Assembly: GCA_000934665.2 (NCBI GenBank)
Contig: KZ538277.1
Coordinates: 1-64,000 of the forward strand
Direction: 5' to 3'
Length of the DNA stretch: 64,000 nt
Origin: Catajapyx aquilonaris
Lineage: Eukaryota
In this document: positions 35,781 to 45,938 of the stretch, piece after piece
Layout of the letters: every line of letters starts with the position of its first letter
Position numbering within the stretch: position 1 is the first letter of the stretch
Position numbers and translations under genes: made by a program
Notes under the pieces: model-generated
Told to the model about the DNA's origin: nothing
Databases searched by the model: none
Seen by the model: the letters and a program-made list of their open reading frames with translations, nothing else

Positions 35781-38700
35781 CTGAGAATAAAAATGGCGGT
35801 TGATTGTCTGCCTACAACAATAGGCCCATGTGTCGTACCTGGAACGGCGAGTGGTGCCTACCAGGCGACGAAGGACTGTTGGATGAAGATGGCGGCGCCC
35901 TTCCTTTGTTCTCAACCGGCAAACCCTTAGCCTTTTGCTCCTTCTTGTACTTCATCCTTCGGTTCTGGAACCAGATCTTGATTTGACGCTCCGTCAGGTT
36001 GAGCGATGCTGCCATCTCGATCCGACGTGGACGACATAAGTAGCGGCCAAAATGAAACTCTTTCTCCAGCTCCACCAACTGGGCACTGGTGTAAGCTGTC
36101 CGGGCCCGTTTGGGTGGCTGCTCTGTTAATTCTGAAACGAGCTGACTGTCACTGCTATCATGCAAATAAACACGTTTGCAGTCAATTCAAGTCATCTCTG
36201 AATGCACGGACGCATTGAATGGTTCGTGATTACGGCTGACAGACTAGCCACTAAACAAGATACAATATTCGGGCAACCTAAGCGGCTTTTCTACCGCGAA
36301 AATTTATGAAGCTGTCAAAAGTCATCCCTTTTCCTTCAAACTCTCACCCGCACACCCATTTTTCCACCCTCTGCGAGCTTACAAATCCATACACTGTTTA
36401 ATTTTTTTAATGAGCTGTGCTGGCACCTTGCTAATTAATCTCGGTGCGGCGCAATTCTACCGAGTGTTTGATTAATGTTGACTTCAACGCACCAGGAGTC
36501 ATATTTCATTCCGGGCCCCCAGTATGATAAACTGGAGATAAACTGCCCCACTTCACACACAACAAACAAACCGCATGACGCTGTTTGGTTCGTGATAAAC
36601 TTGGCACGGATCTATCCCGGAGTCGGCTCCGGATGGCACTGACCACGGGAAATCAATTTTTGTAACAAAAAAAAAAAATCGGGACCAACATACACAAGTG
36701 CAGTATAGGTGTGTATAGCCAAAGGGGTGTGGCAACTTGGTTTAAAAAAAAAGCCGCTTCCCGCATTGCAGCTCCTCGTGTTATTCTTCGAAATGAATAT
36801 GATCAATCATCCAGCCGGATCGATTCCTCCATCTGTCCTCATCGGTGTCGTTAATCGGAGAGCTTATGGGGCTCTCTCCAAATCATTCCAATGTCTATCA
36901 ACGGCAGTGCTTAGCGTAAAGCGCCATTTCCCCCAACCCACCGCTACTCACAAATTCAACCCAAACCGCAGATTTGCATGTGATGCATCCACACAGAGAT
37001 GCGATAGGCTATATGTGTCTCCACCATCCCCCCCTCCCCATATCCCTCCCACTTCATTTGCTCACCGCTGGAAATACTCGCCGGCAGCCAGGAAACAGTT
37101 GTGTTTTCCGCACACCAAAATGCGTGTTCAGCTTGTATTTGTCAATTGGGGACTACCTGTCGCTCACACCAAGAAAAGGGACATTTTCAGACACTTTTCT
37201 CTGGAGGACAAATCGAAAGTGTGACCTGGTGTCGGAACTCAGCTTGACTCCGACAGATCCACTTTCAAGACCGGCAGTCCTAATCTGGACAGTGGAAGCC
37301 GGCACTCGCTTGACCCTCCGACCGGGGTCAGTGGGAGGTCAAGCCGACACTTGGATACCTTCCCACCCAGCTCGTTCTTGCCATATTTGAGCCCCACGTG
37401 CCCCAAAGACCCGTTGACTAGTACCGGTAGGCATCTTCCAGTTACGGTTCTTCCTAAGCCTAGCATATTAATTTTGGGTGCCATCTCGGTGTATGTGCAA
37501 TAGTTGGGAAGGCGGAACGTGTAGGCGTGTGCTTTCCCAAAGAGAAGGGTGCCGTGCTTTGTGAGTTTGACTCCCAAAGCCTCATCAATCTCACGGGGCA
37601 GCCATGCAACCTTCTTCCTTCTTCCTCCGCCATCTCTTGGACTTTTGCCCCAACACCTATACCACACGCTTCCTATCTGTAGCCCTCATACTAATGATTT
37701 TTCTCATTTCCAATCGCGCTGTCGGTTAGACGTTCGCGAATCGCGTTTGACCCCAGTGCCTGTCATTGGCTAGGAAGAGTCTAGATTGGAACAAGGCCTG
37801 ACCCAGGCTGGCTGTCGATAAGCTGTGATAGTAGGGCAGGGTCTCTGCTATCAATATAGGCAGCAAAGGACGTGCTTCTTCAGTGTCCCCCACCTTCTAT
37901 CCCCCCCCCCCCCCTCTTTGCCGACAAGAGCGTCACGATGACGTTCTCCGACACGCCACAGCAGGAAATGACTGTCACTCAAACCATCGCCATCTTGGCC
38001 GCCATGCTGTTTGTTTTGGAACAGATCGAGCCACCTTTTCTATCTCTTCGCTACATCGAAGGCAAACCTGTAATCTTATCTGGTCGAACTTGGTGGCAAA
38101 GTATACCCCGAGCCAAATACTTGTCCGTGTTCTTCATCGGATATGAGTAGGAAAGTGATAACTGATGAGCGGTATAGCCTATAGGCTTGAAGGAAATGAC
38201 AAGCTTGGAAACGGTCAGACATTGTGATTGACCTATTGTTATTGTTTATTATTATGCGTGCAGGTGAAGCGTTCACGTTGAGGTTTGTACCAGTTAGGCA
38301 CACTTTGCTTGACAGGGTAATTGTCAATACGCTGTATAAATAATGTCAGTAGTATGTAATTCAAATAATTATCTGCCATAATTTATAATAAATTATATCG
38401 CGTGGTGTCTGGAAGTAATATCGGTGTTACAATATTATTGAAAACGTTATTTGGCACTAACTGATGCTTCTTTTTGAGTACTGGTATTTACTTGTGAATA
38501 TTTACTAGAGTTGCTAATATTAGGGTGCATGGACCCATCATTTTTAACGCCTGAATGGTATGTACGGTACTTCAAAAAAAAATGGGTTCAATCATTTACG
38601 TTCTTGATTTAAAATGTCAGAATTTGCCATTCCCAATCGGAAATTCATTGCAATCTAGAGCTTAAATGAATGATTAAATTTAGCCAAATATTTGCAGCTA

Positions 38701-40751
38701 ATACTTTTGATAACCATATAATACAAATACTTCAAAGATACTGCTTAAAAAGAAACAGCTTACAGCCAAGAAAATTGCTAATTGAAACATTTCAATAGTA
38801 ATTAAATATTATTGCAATTTAACAGCTGAAATATTAACTTTTTACTGATGTTTGACATATAATACTGGTTATGAATAATCATAATAATGTGAGAACAAAC
38901 TTGTCATCATTGATTAATTTTTTTGTTTTGTTTTTCCCGCTAGACCGATCGAGGAGAGATAAAGTCATCGGACCTGTCAAGGCTCTCCAACGTTTGAATC
39001 ACGCTTAATAATTGGCCTACATCAGAGACGATGATGTCACAGGATTGAGGTGGGTATATAGTACTGGAAGACTGGTTACTTCAGGTTTCTTTCCCTTATT
39101 AGTTGGATTTTTCACGTGGTAACAATGTTGGAAAATTTGCAAATATTTTGTTTGAACCGATACATCACAGGTCCGTCTAAATCAGGGGTTCCCAACCCAG
39201 GGTACCCGTACCCCCAGGGTGTGCGAGGTGGCCCTCCTGAGGGTACGGCGATAAGTACCCCTGAGTCCAAATCGAGCAATTTTGGACATAGCACACCCCA
39301 TAAGTGGCTTGTACAAAGGAAAATATAGCTGGATTATAATCAAAAAAATGACTTAATTTTCTTTCACTTCATCACATTCCTGGTCCAAAAATATTGATTA
39401 TAAGGTAGTTGTCACAATTATCATGGATTAGTTAAATGTCAAGGATTCGGTAAATCTGTCATCCTGGTAGGGGGTACGAGAAGGACCAACTACTCTCAAA
39501 GGGGTGTGAAGGCCCGAAAAGGTTGGGAACCACTGGTCTAAATATTATTTGAACTCGTGTTAAGCGCGTAGTAGTATAATAAATATTAATTAATTCCTGT
39601 CGAGCTAGTTTATTTCCTATCAGGTGACTCAAACAATGTCATATTACACTGTTTCTGCATGATTGTTAAATTAATGACGTCAGCTGATTTCAGGACAGTT
39701 CTCTATTGTCAGCAACTAAACTGACAAAGTGGGGGTTTTAAAAAAGTGCATATGTTTGAGCTAGGAAGCGGTTCTGGACAAATGGCAGACTTTGGCGCAG
39801 CGAGAAAAGTGTCCCTCCCACCCCTGGCGCATCAATCACGAGGACTGCTGTCAGCAATGACAAAATTACGTCACGACACTTTTTGGGTGGCCCTCCTCTG
39901 GCAACCTTGTGGTTGACAGGGACAGTCTGTGGGGCTCGATTGGCTCCGTCCACAGCTCCGACCATGCTTCAACCTGCCTATCTATCCCCGTGCTTTTGCA
40001 TTTCGCATTCTGATCTCCACTCCCGGGAACACCCCCCCCCCCCCCCNNNNNNNNNNCCCCGGGAAACCCCCCCCCCCCCCCAACCATCCCAGCCCTCCTA
40101 GCCCTATAGAATTTTGACTTGCTTAACAAATGGAGGCATCATAACCCTGGCCGTCATTACGGGACTTAACGAGACATATTTATGACCGAACGTTGAGTGA
40201 ACCTCATTAATCACAAGACTACCGTGCATGTGGGGATGGGGTTGGGTGAGGGGACTCTGCCAGGCTCAGAAATAATGCACTTTTGCACTATTGACTTATT
40301 TTGGCGACTTACCTTTCCCGGATGGTACACCCGATAGTGCTGGTTGATACGATTGTTGGACTCTGACCCTCTGTGCTTCAGGCCTGTGTTTGGAGTCTCT
40401 CATCCAGGGGTAAAGCACCTCTTTGAGCATTCCCGCCTCAGGGTAGTCACTCGGTGGAACCTGCTGTCCACCAAAGTGCTGCCCCAGTTGGTGGTCATCC
40501 GGGAGCACGGTCTGAAGGAGCCGGAAGTCAGTGCTTCCGGTGTTGAAGCAAGTGTAGGTTGCTTCCTCCTGCGGCTGATAACCCTGTTGGTCGTAGTACA
40601 GTGGCTGGGCATTGTTGTAGTATGCTTGTGGCATATCTTGGTTGTTGTAAGACGTACTGGTGCTATTCAGCTCTTGTTGGGCTGTCTGGGCAGCCACAGG
40701 GCTGTTACTAGTCAGTGGCCTTTGACACGACTGAGCCATGGTCTGGATCAT
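35367..40751 (-). CDS. Hox3: Hox paralogy group 3 homeodomain transcription factor, 3 coding exons: complement(join(35367..35780,35839..36131,40313..40751)), ~381 aa
   Basis: Homeodomain [60 protein letters not shown] carries the PG3 signature ([32 protein letters not shown]). YPWM hexapeptide in exon 1; C-terminal KLTDL* resembles the Hox3 PKLTHL* motif. Exon lengths 439+293+414 = 1146 nt stay in frame. Confidence 0.93.
35781..35838 (-). other. Hox3 intron 2 (58 bp, GT-AG, phase 0)
   Basis: GTACGA...TTTTTATTCTCAG; its removal joins two overlapping ORFs that lie in different frames. Confidence 0.8.
35839..36131 (-). CDS. Hox3: Hox3 coding exon 2 (homeobox 36114-35935)
   Basis: Acceptor TCGTTTCAG|AA is phase 1 and completes the GAA codon begun in exon 1. 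Full 60-aa homeodomain follows. Ends at phase-0 donor CAG|GTACGA. Confidence 0.95.
38495..38716. mobile_element. MITE family E, copy 2 (inverted), in Hox3 intron 1
   Basis: GCTAATATTAGG..CCCATCATTTTTAACGCCTG..GCAGCTAATACTTTTGATAACCA matches 14148-14352 in reverse; boundaries approximate. Confidence 0.6.
39183..39535. mobile_element. hAT (Charlie-like) MITE in Hox3 intron 1
   Basis: TIR CAGGGGTTCCCAACC / GGTTGGGAACCACTG; 8-bp TSD GTCTAAAT at 39175-39182 and 39536-39543. Confidence 0.9.
40313..40751 (-). CDS. Hox3: Hox3 coding exon 1 (N-terminus, YPWM hexapeptide)
   Basis: ORF 40296..40751 has YPWM at 40412-40401 and a strong phase-1 donor AAAG|GTAAGT at 40313/40312. The start is uncertain: ATG at 40751, 40739 or 40634 (MPQAYY), or an upstream exon. 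Confidence 0.88.
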
Positions 40752-41289
40752 GTGACCCTCGGGCCCCTGCGGCTGGAGGCGGTCAGCGGGGTACCTGGGG
40801 AGAGCAAAGGGTCACGGCGGCCATGCTTCAAAGAAACCCTACTGGCCTATTAGTACACAAGTGTGGAAGGTTTCGGGCTCCAGACTGGTTGATGGCTGGC
40901 CCACCCTGTTTCTTAGGCGTCTGACAAGTCGGAAGGCATGGGTTTTGTTTTAACACTTTGGTCTGATTGGGACTCAAAAATGTCGGGTCAACAACCCCGA
41001 GGTCGTTTTGAAGTCAGAACTGGTTTGTGGAATGCACCTGTTGTTTTTGGTTGGATATGTTTATATGGAAAGTTAGGACCTATAGTGGTATAGTAACAAC
41101 ACTGTTATTTAAAGACTGTTCTAGTCCTTACTGGACATAAGCGACAATGATTTTCAAACGTATAAAGTCATCTAAATCATTCCACTGTGATTTCAATTTT
41201 TGACATTTTTATTAATTATGTAGATGGCGTAGAAATTTTTTCCATTTGACTTCATTTTCATCAGTTGAAAATATGCGCGGTTACTTTTA

Positions 41290-41497
41290 GTGGTTCTAAA
41301 AGGATTAGCTGCTAACATTAAGCCGCATAGAATTATCTAGCCAAGCTCTGAATTACTACGAATTTTCTATTGCAATAATTGGCATCGATTGTAAATGACT
41401 GAACCCATTTTTTCAGGCCAGTCTATATTGCATCAGGCGTGAAAAAGGATGAGTTCATGCAATCTAACATTAGTAGATAATATTTTCGCTAACTACT
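41290..41497. mobile_element. MITE family E, copy 3
   Basis: TAGTGGTTCTAAAAGGATTAGCTGCTAACATTAAG...CTAACATTAGTAGATAATATTTTCGCTAACTACTA; degenerate. Confidence 0.6.
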
Positions 41498-41761
41498 AAT
41501 ATGCTTTAAAATGAATACTTAAATATGAGCAAATAATCACTCACCCTGCGGATATTTCAGTTGGAACACATGTAAAAAAAATTGTACAGTTCTTGTCATT
41601 TCAGTTCCAAATACAGTGTAGGTACCTTATAGCACCGAATGTAACAGTTAACTGAAAACCCGTAGTGCATTATTTTATTCACTTGACAATTGCAAACTGG
41701 GACAGGTTAAGAATATTTTCCTTCATTCATTGTAATGAATAAATGCATACCGGTAAGGGAT

Positions 41762-42351
41762 ACCGGGGCACAGTGGTCCTTTCCATTTTAAAAATATAAG
41801 CAACCGGAATAATGCCTTCAACTGGTACCTTGTGAAACAGGTCACTATTGTGCATATTGGCAATATGACAGCCACCTGTGAGATGCCTGCGATCCTGCCG
41901 TACCATGGGAAATTTATTTGAAGGGTAGTGACGTTACTTCTAATCCACAGTTTAATGCCATGTCAGGCGTAGATACTGGGCATGACCCTGATGTAAAAAT
42001 GTTGTTGATTAGTGCCATCCTTTGTAATAAATGGGGAAAATGTGGAAATTGTCATTTGCAATGGAAGAGACATTATGTTATTAATCGTAGCTCTACGATT
42101 ATAGGGGTCCCAATCACTTCCGGACCACTGTGCCCCGCGAGGTGCCCCGGGTATCGGGGCACAGTGGTCCATTTGCATAGGGCAGCTTCTAAATTTTTTA
42201 AACTAAATGGATAGCACACTGCCTGTGAATATATTAGTGATGTGTATTACCAATGAGTACCTCCACCATGCCGGAAAATATTTGGTGTGTAGGTATAACA
42301 GGAGCTCTTATAAAAATTCAAATGTTCAAAAGTGGACCACTGTGCCCCGGT
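41762..42351. mobile_element. Non-autonomous DNA transposon with four copies of a terminal motif
   Basis: CGGGGCACAGTGGTCC forward at ~41764 and ~42155, inverted at ~42122 and ~42334. Confidence 0.72.
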
Positions 42352-43702
42352 TGTAATGCATATATTTGTGCAATAAAATTAATAAAGGGAAATATTATTC
42401 AAGGTGAATGAAAGTGAAAAACTGAGATTCACTAATATGAGTGTCAGATTGTAATAATTTCGAGAAATAATAATTTGAAGATTGACGATTGCATTATACC
42501 TCACGGTATAATTTTTGAAAGCATTTCTGCAGGCTGTATAATAATTGATCAGAAACTTACTTGACCATCACCAAGTCATCATCAATGTCGAATTCAACTT
42601 GGACCATAATGTGATTGTAATCGATCTGAATTTCAGATCTTCAATATTGTGAGTTGCGTTCATCTAATGATTTTGTTTACTGTATGTCATTTAATTTGTT
42701 AATTTTGCACTTTTGTGCGTTCCTTTTAATCTTATAGCCTATACCTAATGCTTTGCAGTTCATAGTTTTGTTAATAACCGTGTTCACTAATGATCGCCAA
42801 TGACAGAATTATAAGCACACTTGCAAGCATGCCTGATAATTAATTAGTAAGGAATTAGTGTCCCGGGAAGTTCTACTTTATATAAAGTGCCACCGTGTCC
42901 CATATGAGGTTCCTTGCTGCAGCGAGTCGGAATGCATTAAGCAATCGGCATCTGCCTATTACTGCCTTTTGGTGAATTATAGCATAATTATGAAACATAT
43001 CAATACCCTGTTTCTACTTGTATATTGTTTCTGGAGTGTCTTATATGGTACAGTTTACCGTGTCTTTCAGAAATTGATCTCATGTCCATATCGGTAAAAA
43101 AAATGCGGACACTCATTAACACTCACTCCTTTTTTCGCGTTCACGTGAGGCAGTGACGTATCATTAGAATGGCAATTTAAGGGGCTTTCCAAAGGTAGTC
43201 TATAATTATGAAACGAAACTTGAAGATAAGTTCACAGGGGCGAACGTTCGCGATATTTCTTATTGATAAGGATGTGAACTAAATTTTGAAACACAATATA
43301 TAATATTATACCCGGCAGTACAATTTGGCGAAATGGTTACTAGTGGCCCCAGCAGGTAAATGGAAAAGGGTGTGTAAAAAGACCTCGTTTGCCTTGCACC
43401 ACTTGAACGTCAAGCAAGAAAACAAAAATATTCTGAGTACACATTTTTTTGGATGGGAGGTACTACATCGCTCAAAAGGATGCAGACATTGCTCTTTGTT
43501 TCAGGGCCATATTTTTGGGCGACAAGTGCATCGGGTGTGTAAGACTCCATACTCACAAAAAAGTGTAACATTTTTGGGCACATTTATGAGAAATGTGCTA
43601 TACTGTGGTATATATGATAGACCGTGGATTCAGGCGTAATTCTAGCAATGTTCGTAAAGATTTCATAGCCTGTGTTTAATTGCTATTTACTGAATTTAAC
43701 AA

Positions 43703-43930
43703 GTAGTGACTAACGTCGCAGCCTTCCACCTCAGGTCCCGCGTCCGATCTCCAGGTTGGACAGAGGATTCTCAGGTGGAAACAATTTTCTAGTTCTCTTC
43801 GTGTTCCAGAAGGTTTTCTCGAGTTCTCCCGTTTCCTTTTATATCGCAAAAATCTATATTTCCCCTCTCACCCTCCCCTATGCTAGATAGCCTTAGTTGC
43901 ATTGGCTCTCTCAACCAACCAACGAACCAA
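43703..43930 (+). mobile_element. Degenerate SINE family B copy
   Basis: GCCTTCCACCTC..AGGTCCCG..GGACAGAGGAT..CGTGTTC..TCTCCCGTTTCC aligns with 489-612; it ends in a different (AACC)n tail. Confidence 0.65.
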
Positions 43931-44435
43931 ATTTAATATAATCTAAGAACAATGGGATACAAGCCGTCTAAACTTTACAGATTTTGATGCAATCCAGCCA
44001 TTTTACATGCCTTTGTTGTGTATATTTTGGCAGTGAAAAGTGCACTTTAGAGTATACGTACCATTTCAAAGGAAGAAAAGCTTATTTTTCCAGTTATTTG
44101 CGTAGAATATTTGTATAGATGAGACATTGTCATTGATGCATGGTAATAAATACATGGATATTTTATGAATGGAAAGATATTTTAGAGTGTATAATAATTG
44201 AATCACTGAGGATGTAAAGGTCACAAGTCGGCGCACATGGAGAGATTAAAAAATTATTATTGACAATGTAATTTTAATTTGAACTTGCCAAAATTTAGTA
44301 TTTTCTCTGTACCTTGATCCTCAATAATATATTATAAACCACCAGGTGAAGCATTAATATCCGCACATTTTCAAATGATGAAAAATGAGTTGTTTGACGA
44401 AGGCTCTTTCATAAGGGATGTTCATATTTGGTTCC

Positions 44436-45285
44436 AAAGAGTGATTCTTTCGAATGGAAACCCAAATGTTTATCAATAAGGGCCGAATTCAGAGAGGTTG
44501 CTTAACTTAAACGCGCCCGATTAAATCCTTTAGTCATCCTCGATTAGTAAATTTAAAAGTGCTAGCAAGTGCGATTAGGGGGCGTTTAGCGCTAATCGCC
44601 GTCTTTGTATTAGCAGGTTGATTAAATTTGCTAATCGAGGATGACTAAAGGATTTAATCGGGCGCGTTTACGTTAAGCAACCTCTCTGAATTCGGGCCTA
44701 ACTTTTTAACTATTGTATGGTTACCGATGAAAATTGGCTTGTACTTACCTTGTATGTTGCCAAACAAAGTCTGCCTAGAGAATACCGAAAATGGTCCCCT
44801 GCAGCATCCAAGCACTTTTGTTTGCGAGTCTGCATATTGACCCCACAAGAAGAAATCAGATGGTGTCAGGTCTGGTGATCTTGGTGGTCACAAATTTTTC
44901 GAAATTAATCGGCCACCGAAGGTCCGGGCTCAGATCACTATAGACCTGACGCCACCTGATTTCTTCTAATGGGGTTTACTGCGTGGCCGCACATACAGGA
45001 TTAAGCACAGAACAATTATTGGCGCCCTCTAGCCCGATACGGCGGGAGTTTGCTGCCATCATGATGTCACATTATAACACATAAGTATATACGCCAATAT
45101 GCAGACTCGCCAACAGAAGAGCTTGGATGCTGGACGGGACCGTTTTCGGTATATTCTGTAGGCAGACCTTGTTTGACATCGTACAAGGGAAGTACCTACC
45201 TGTCAATTTTCATCGGGAACCATACAATATAGTTAAAAGTTTATTGAGCAATGTTTGAGTTTCCATTCGAGAGAATCGTCCTATA
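44436..45285. mobile_element. Tc1/mariner-derived palindromic non-autonomous element with transposase remnants on both arms
   Basis: ~190-bp inverted arms (44442-44840, interrupted, vs ~45095-45278). Minus strand 44890-44840 reads *PPRSPDLTPSDFFLWG; plus strand from ~44943 reads DLTPPDFF*WGLLRGRTY. Confidence 0.82.
44480..44698. mobile_element. PIF/Harbinger (Tourist-like) MITE nested in the left arm of the Tc1-derived element
   Basis: ~70-bp TIRs GGGCCGAATTCAGAGAGGTTGCTTAAC / GTTAAGCAACCTCTCTGAATTCGGGCC; 3-bp TSD TAA at 44477-44479 and 44699-44701. Confidence 0.88.
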
Positions 45286-45807
45286 TTTTATTCCATTCCA
45301 CTCAATTCCATTAAGTTATATTAAATCCTTTCCTTTCCACAGTTCCATTCCACTTCATTCTGTTCTATGGTAAAGTATGAATTTGTGATATAATAATGAT
45401 GGGATGCTTATGTGCCTTCATTTCTCTATAGCAATATTTTGATTTCGGTAAAATTGGATATTAGACTTGACCATTCTTTGATGAGATTATATTAATGTTG
45501 CCTGTTATATGCAGTGATGCGAATGGAATAAGTTTATCCTAAAAATGAAATATTTTTATACTAAAATGCAATCTTAAATAAATTTCAATTTTCTCATGAA
45601 ACAATTATTTACTTCATATTATTAACGTATAAGACATTCCTCGATTGGACAGCATAAAACGGCATTTTGCTACACAAGGTGTGGCACCTTCCTAAAGTCA
45701 CGGTAATGTATTGTATTGTATGTATTGTTTATTCCCAATTCACCCTATTGGGTACATTAGGGAAGACTTACCTTACAAACATTTGTATATCAACCATATT
45801 TCTGCCT

Positions 45808-45938
45808 TATCCTCCTGAGACCCCTGGTACAGTATACTGTACCTTTGTTTTTTTCAGCACCTTCTGACTAACTCAAACGCGTAAAAAAACAAAAAAACAA
45901 ATGTGATTGAAAGGTGTACTAGGGGTCTCAGGAGGATA
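45808..45938. mobile_element. Short MITE
   Basis: TIR TATCCTCCTGAGACCCCT / AGGGGTCTCAGGAGGATA. The same right terminus recurs at 105-120 (GGGTCTCAGGAGGATA). Confidence 0.75.

Larger units (their letters stand above)
36132..40312 (-). other. Hox3 intron 1 (4181 bp, GT-AG, phase 1), between hexapeptide and homeobox
   Basis: Canonical donor and acceptor with matching phase, at the usual Hox intron position. Confidence 0.88.

Noticed and set aside
35812..35915. Apparent frameshift or pseudogenisation between the two overlapping Hox3 ORFs
   Set aside because: A canonical phase-0 GT-AG intron (35838-35781) joins the frames without any lesion.
38160..38200. CTGATGAG hammerhead-like core (also at 60693)
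   Set aside because: No stem II followed by GAAA and no complementary stems I and III.
40021..40082. Direct repeat CCCGGGAA-poly(C) on both sides of a 10-N gap
   Set aside because: Most likely unmerged overlapping contig ends.
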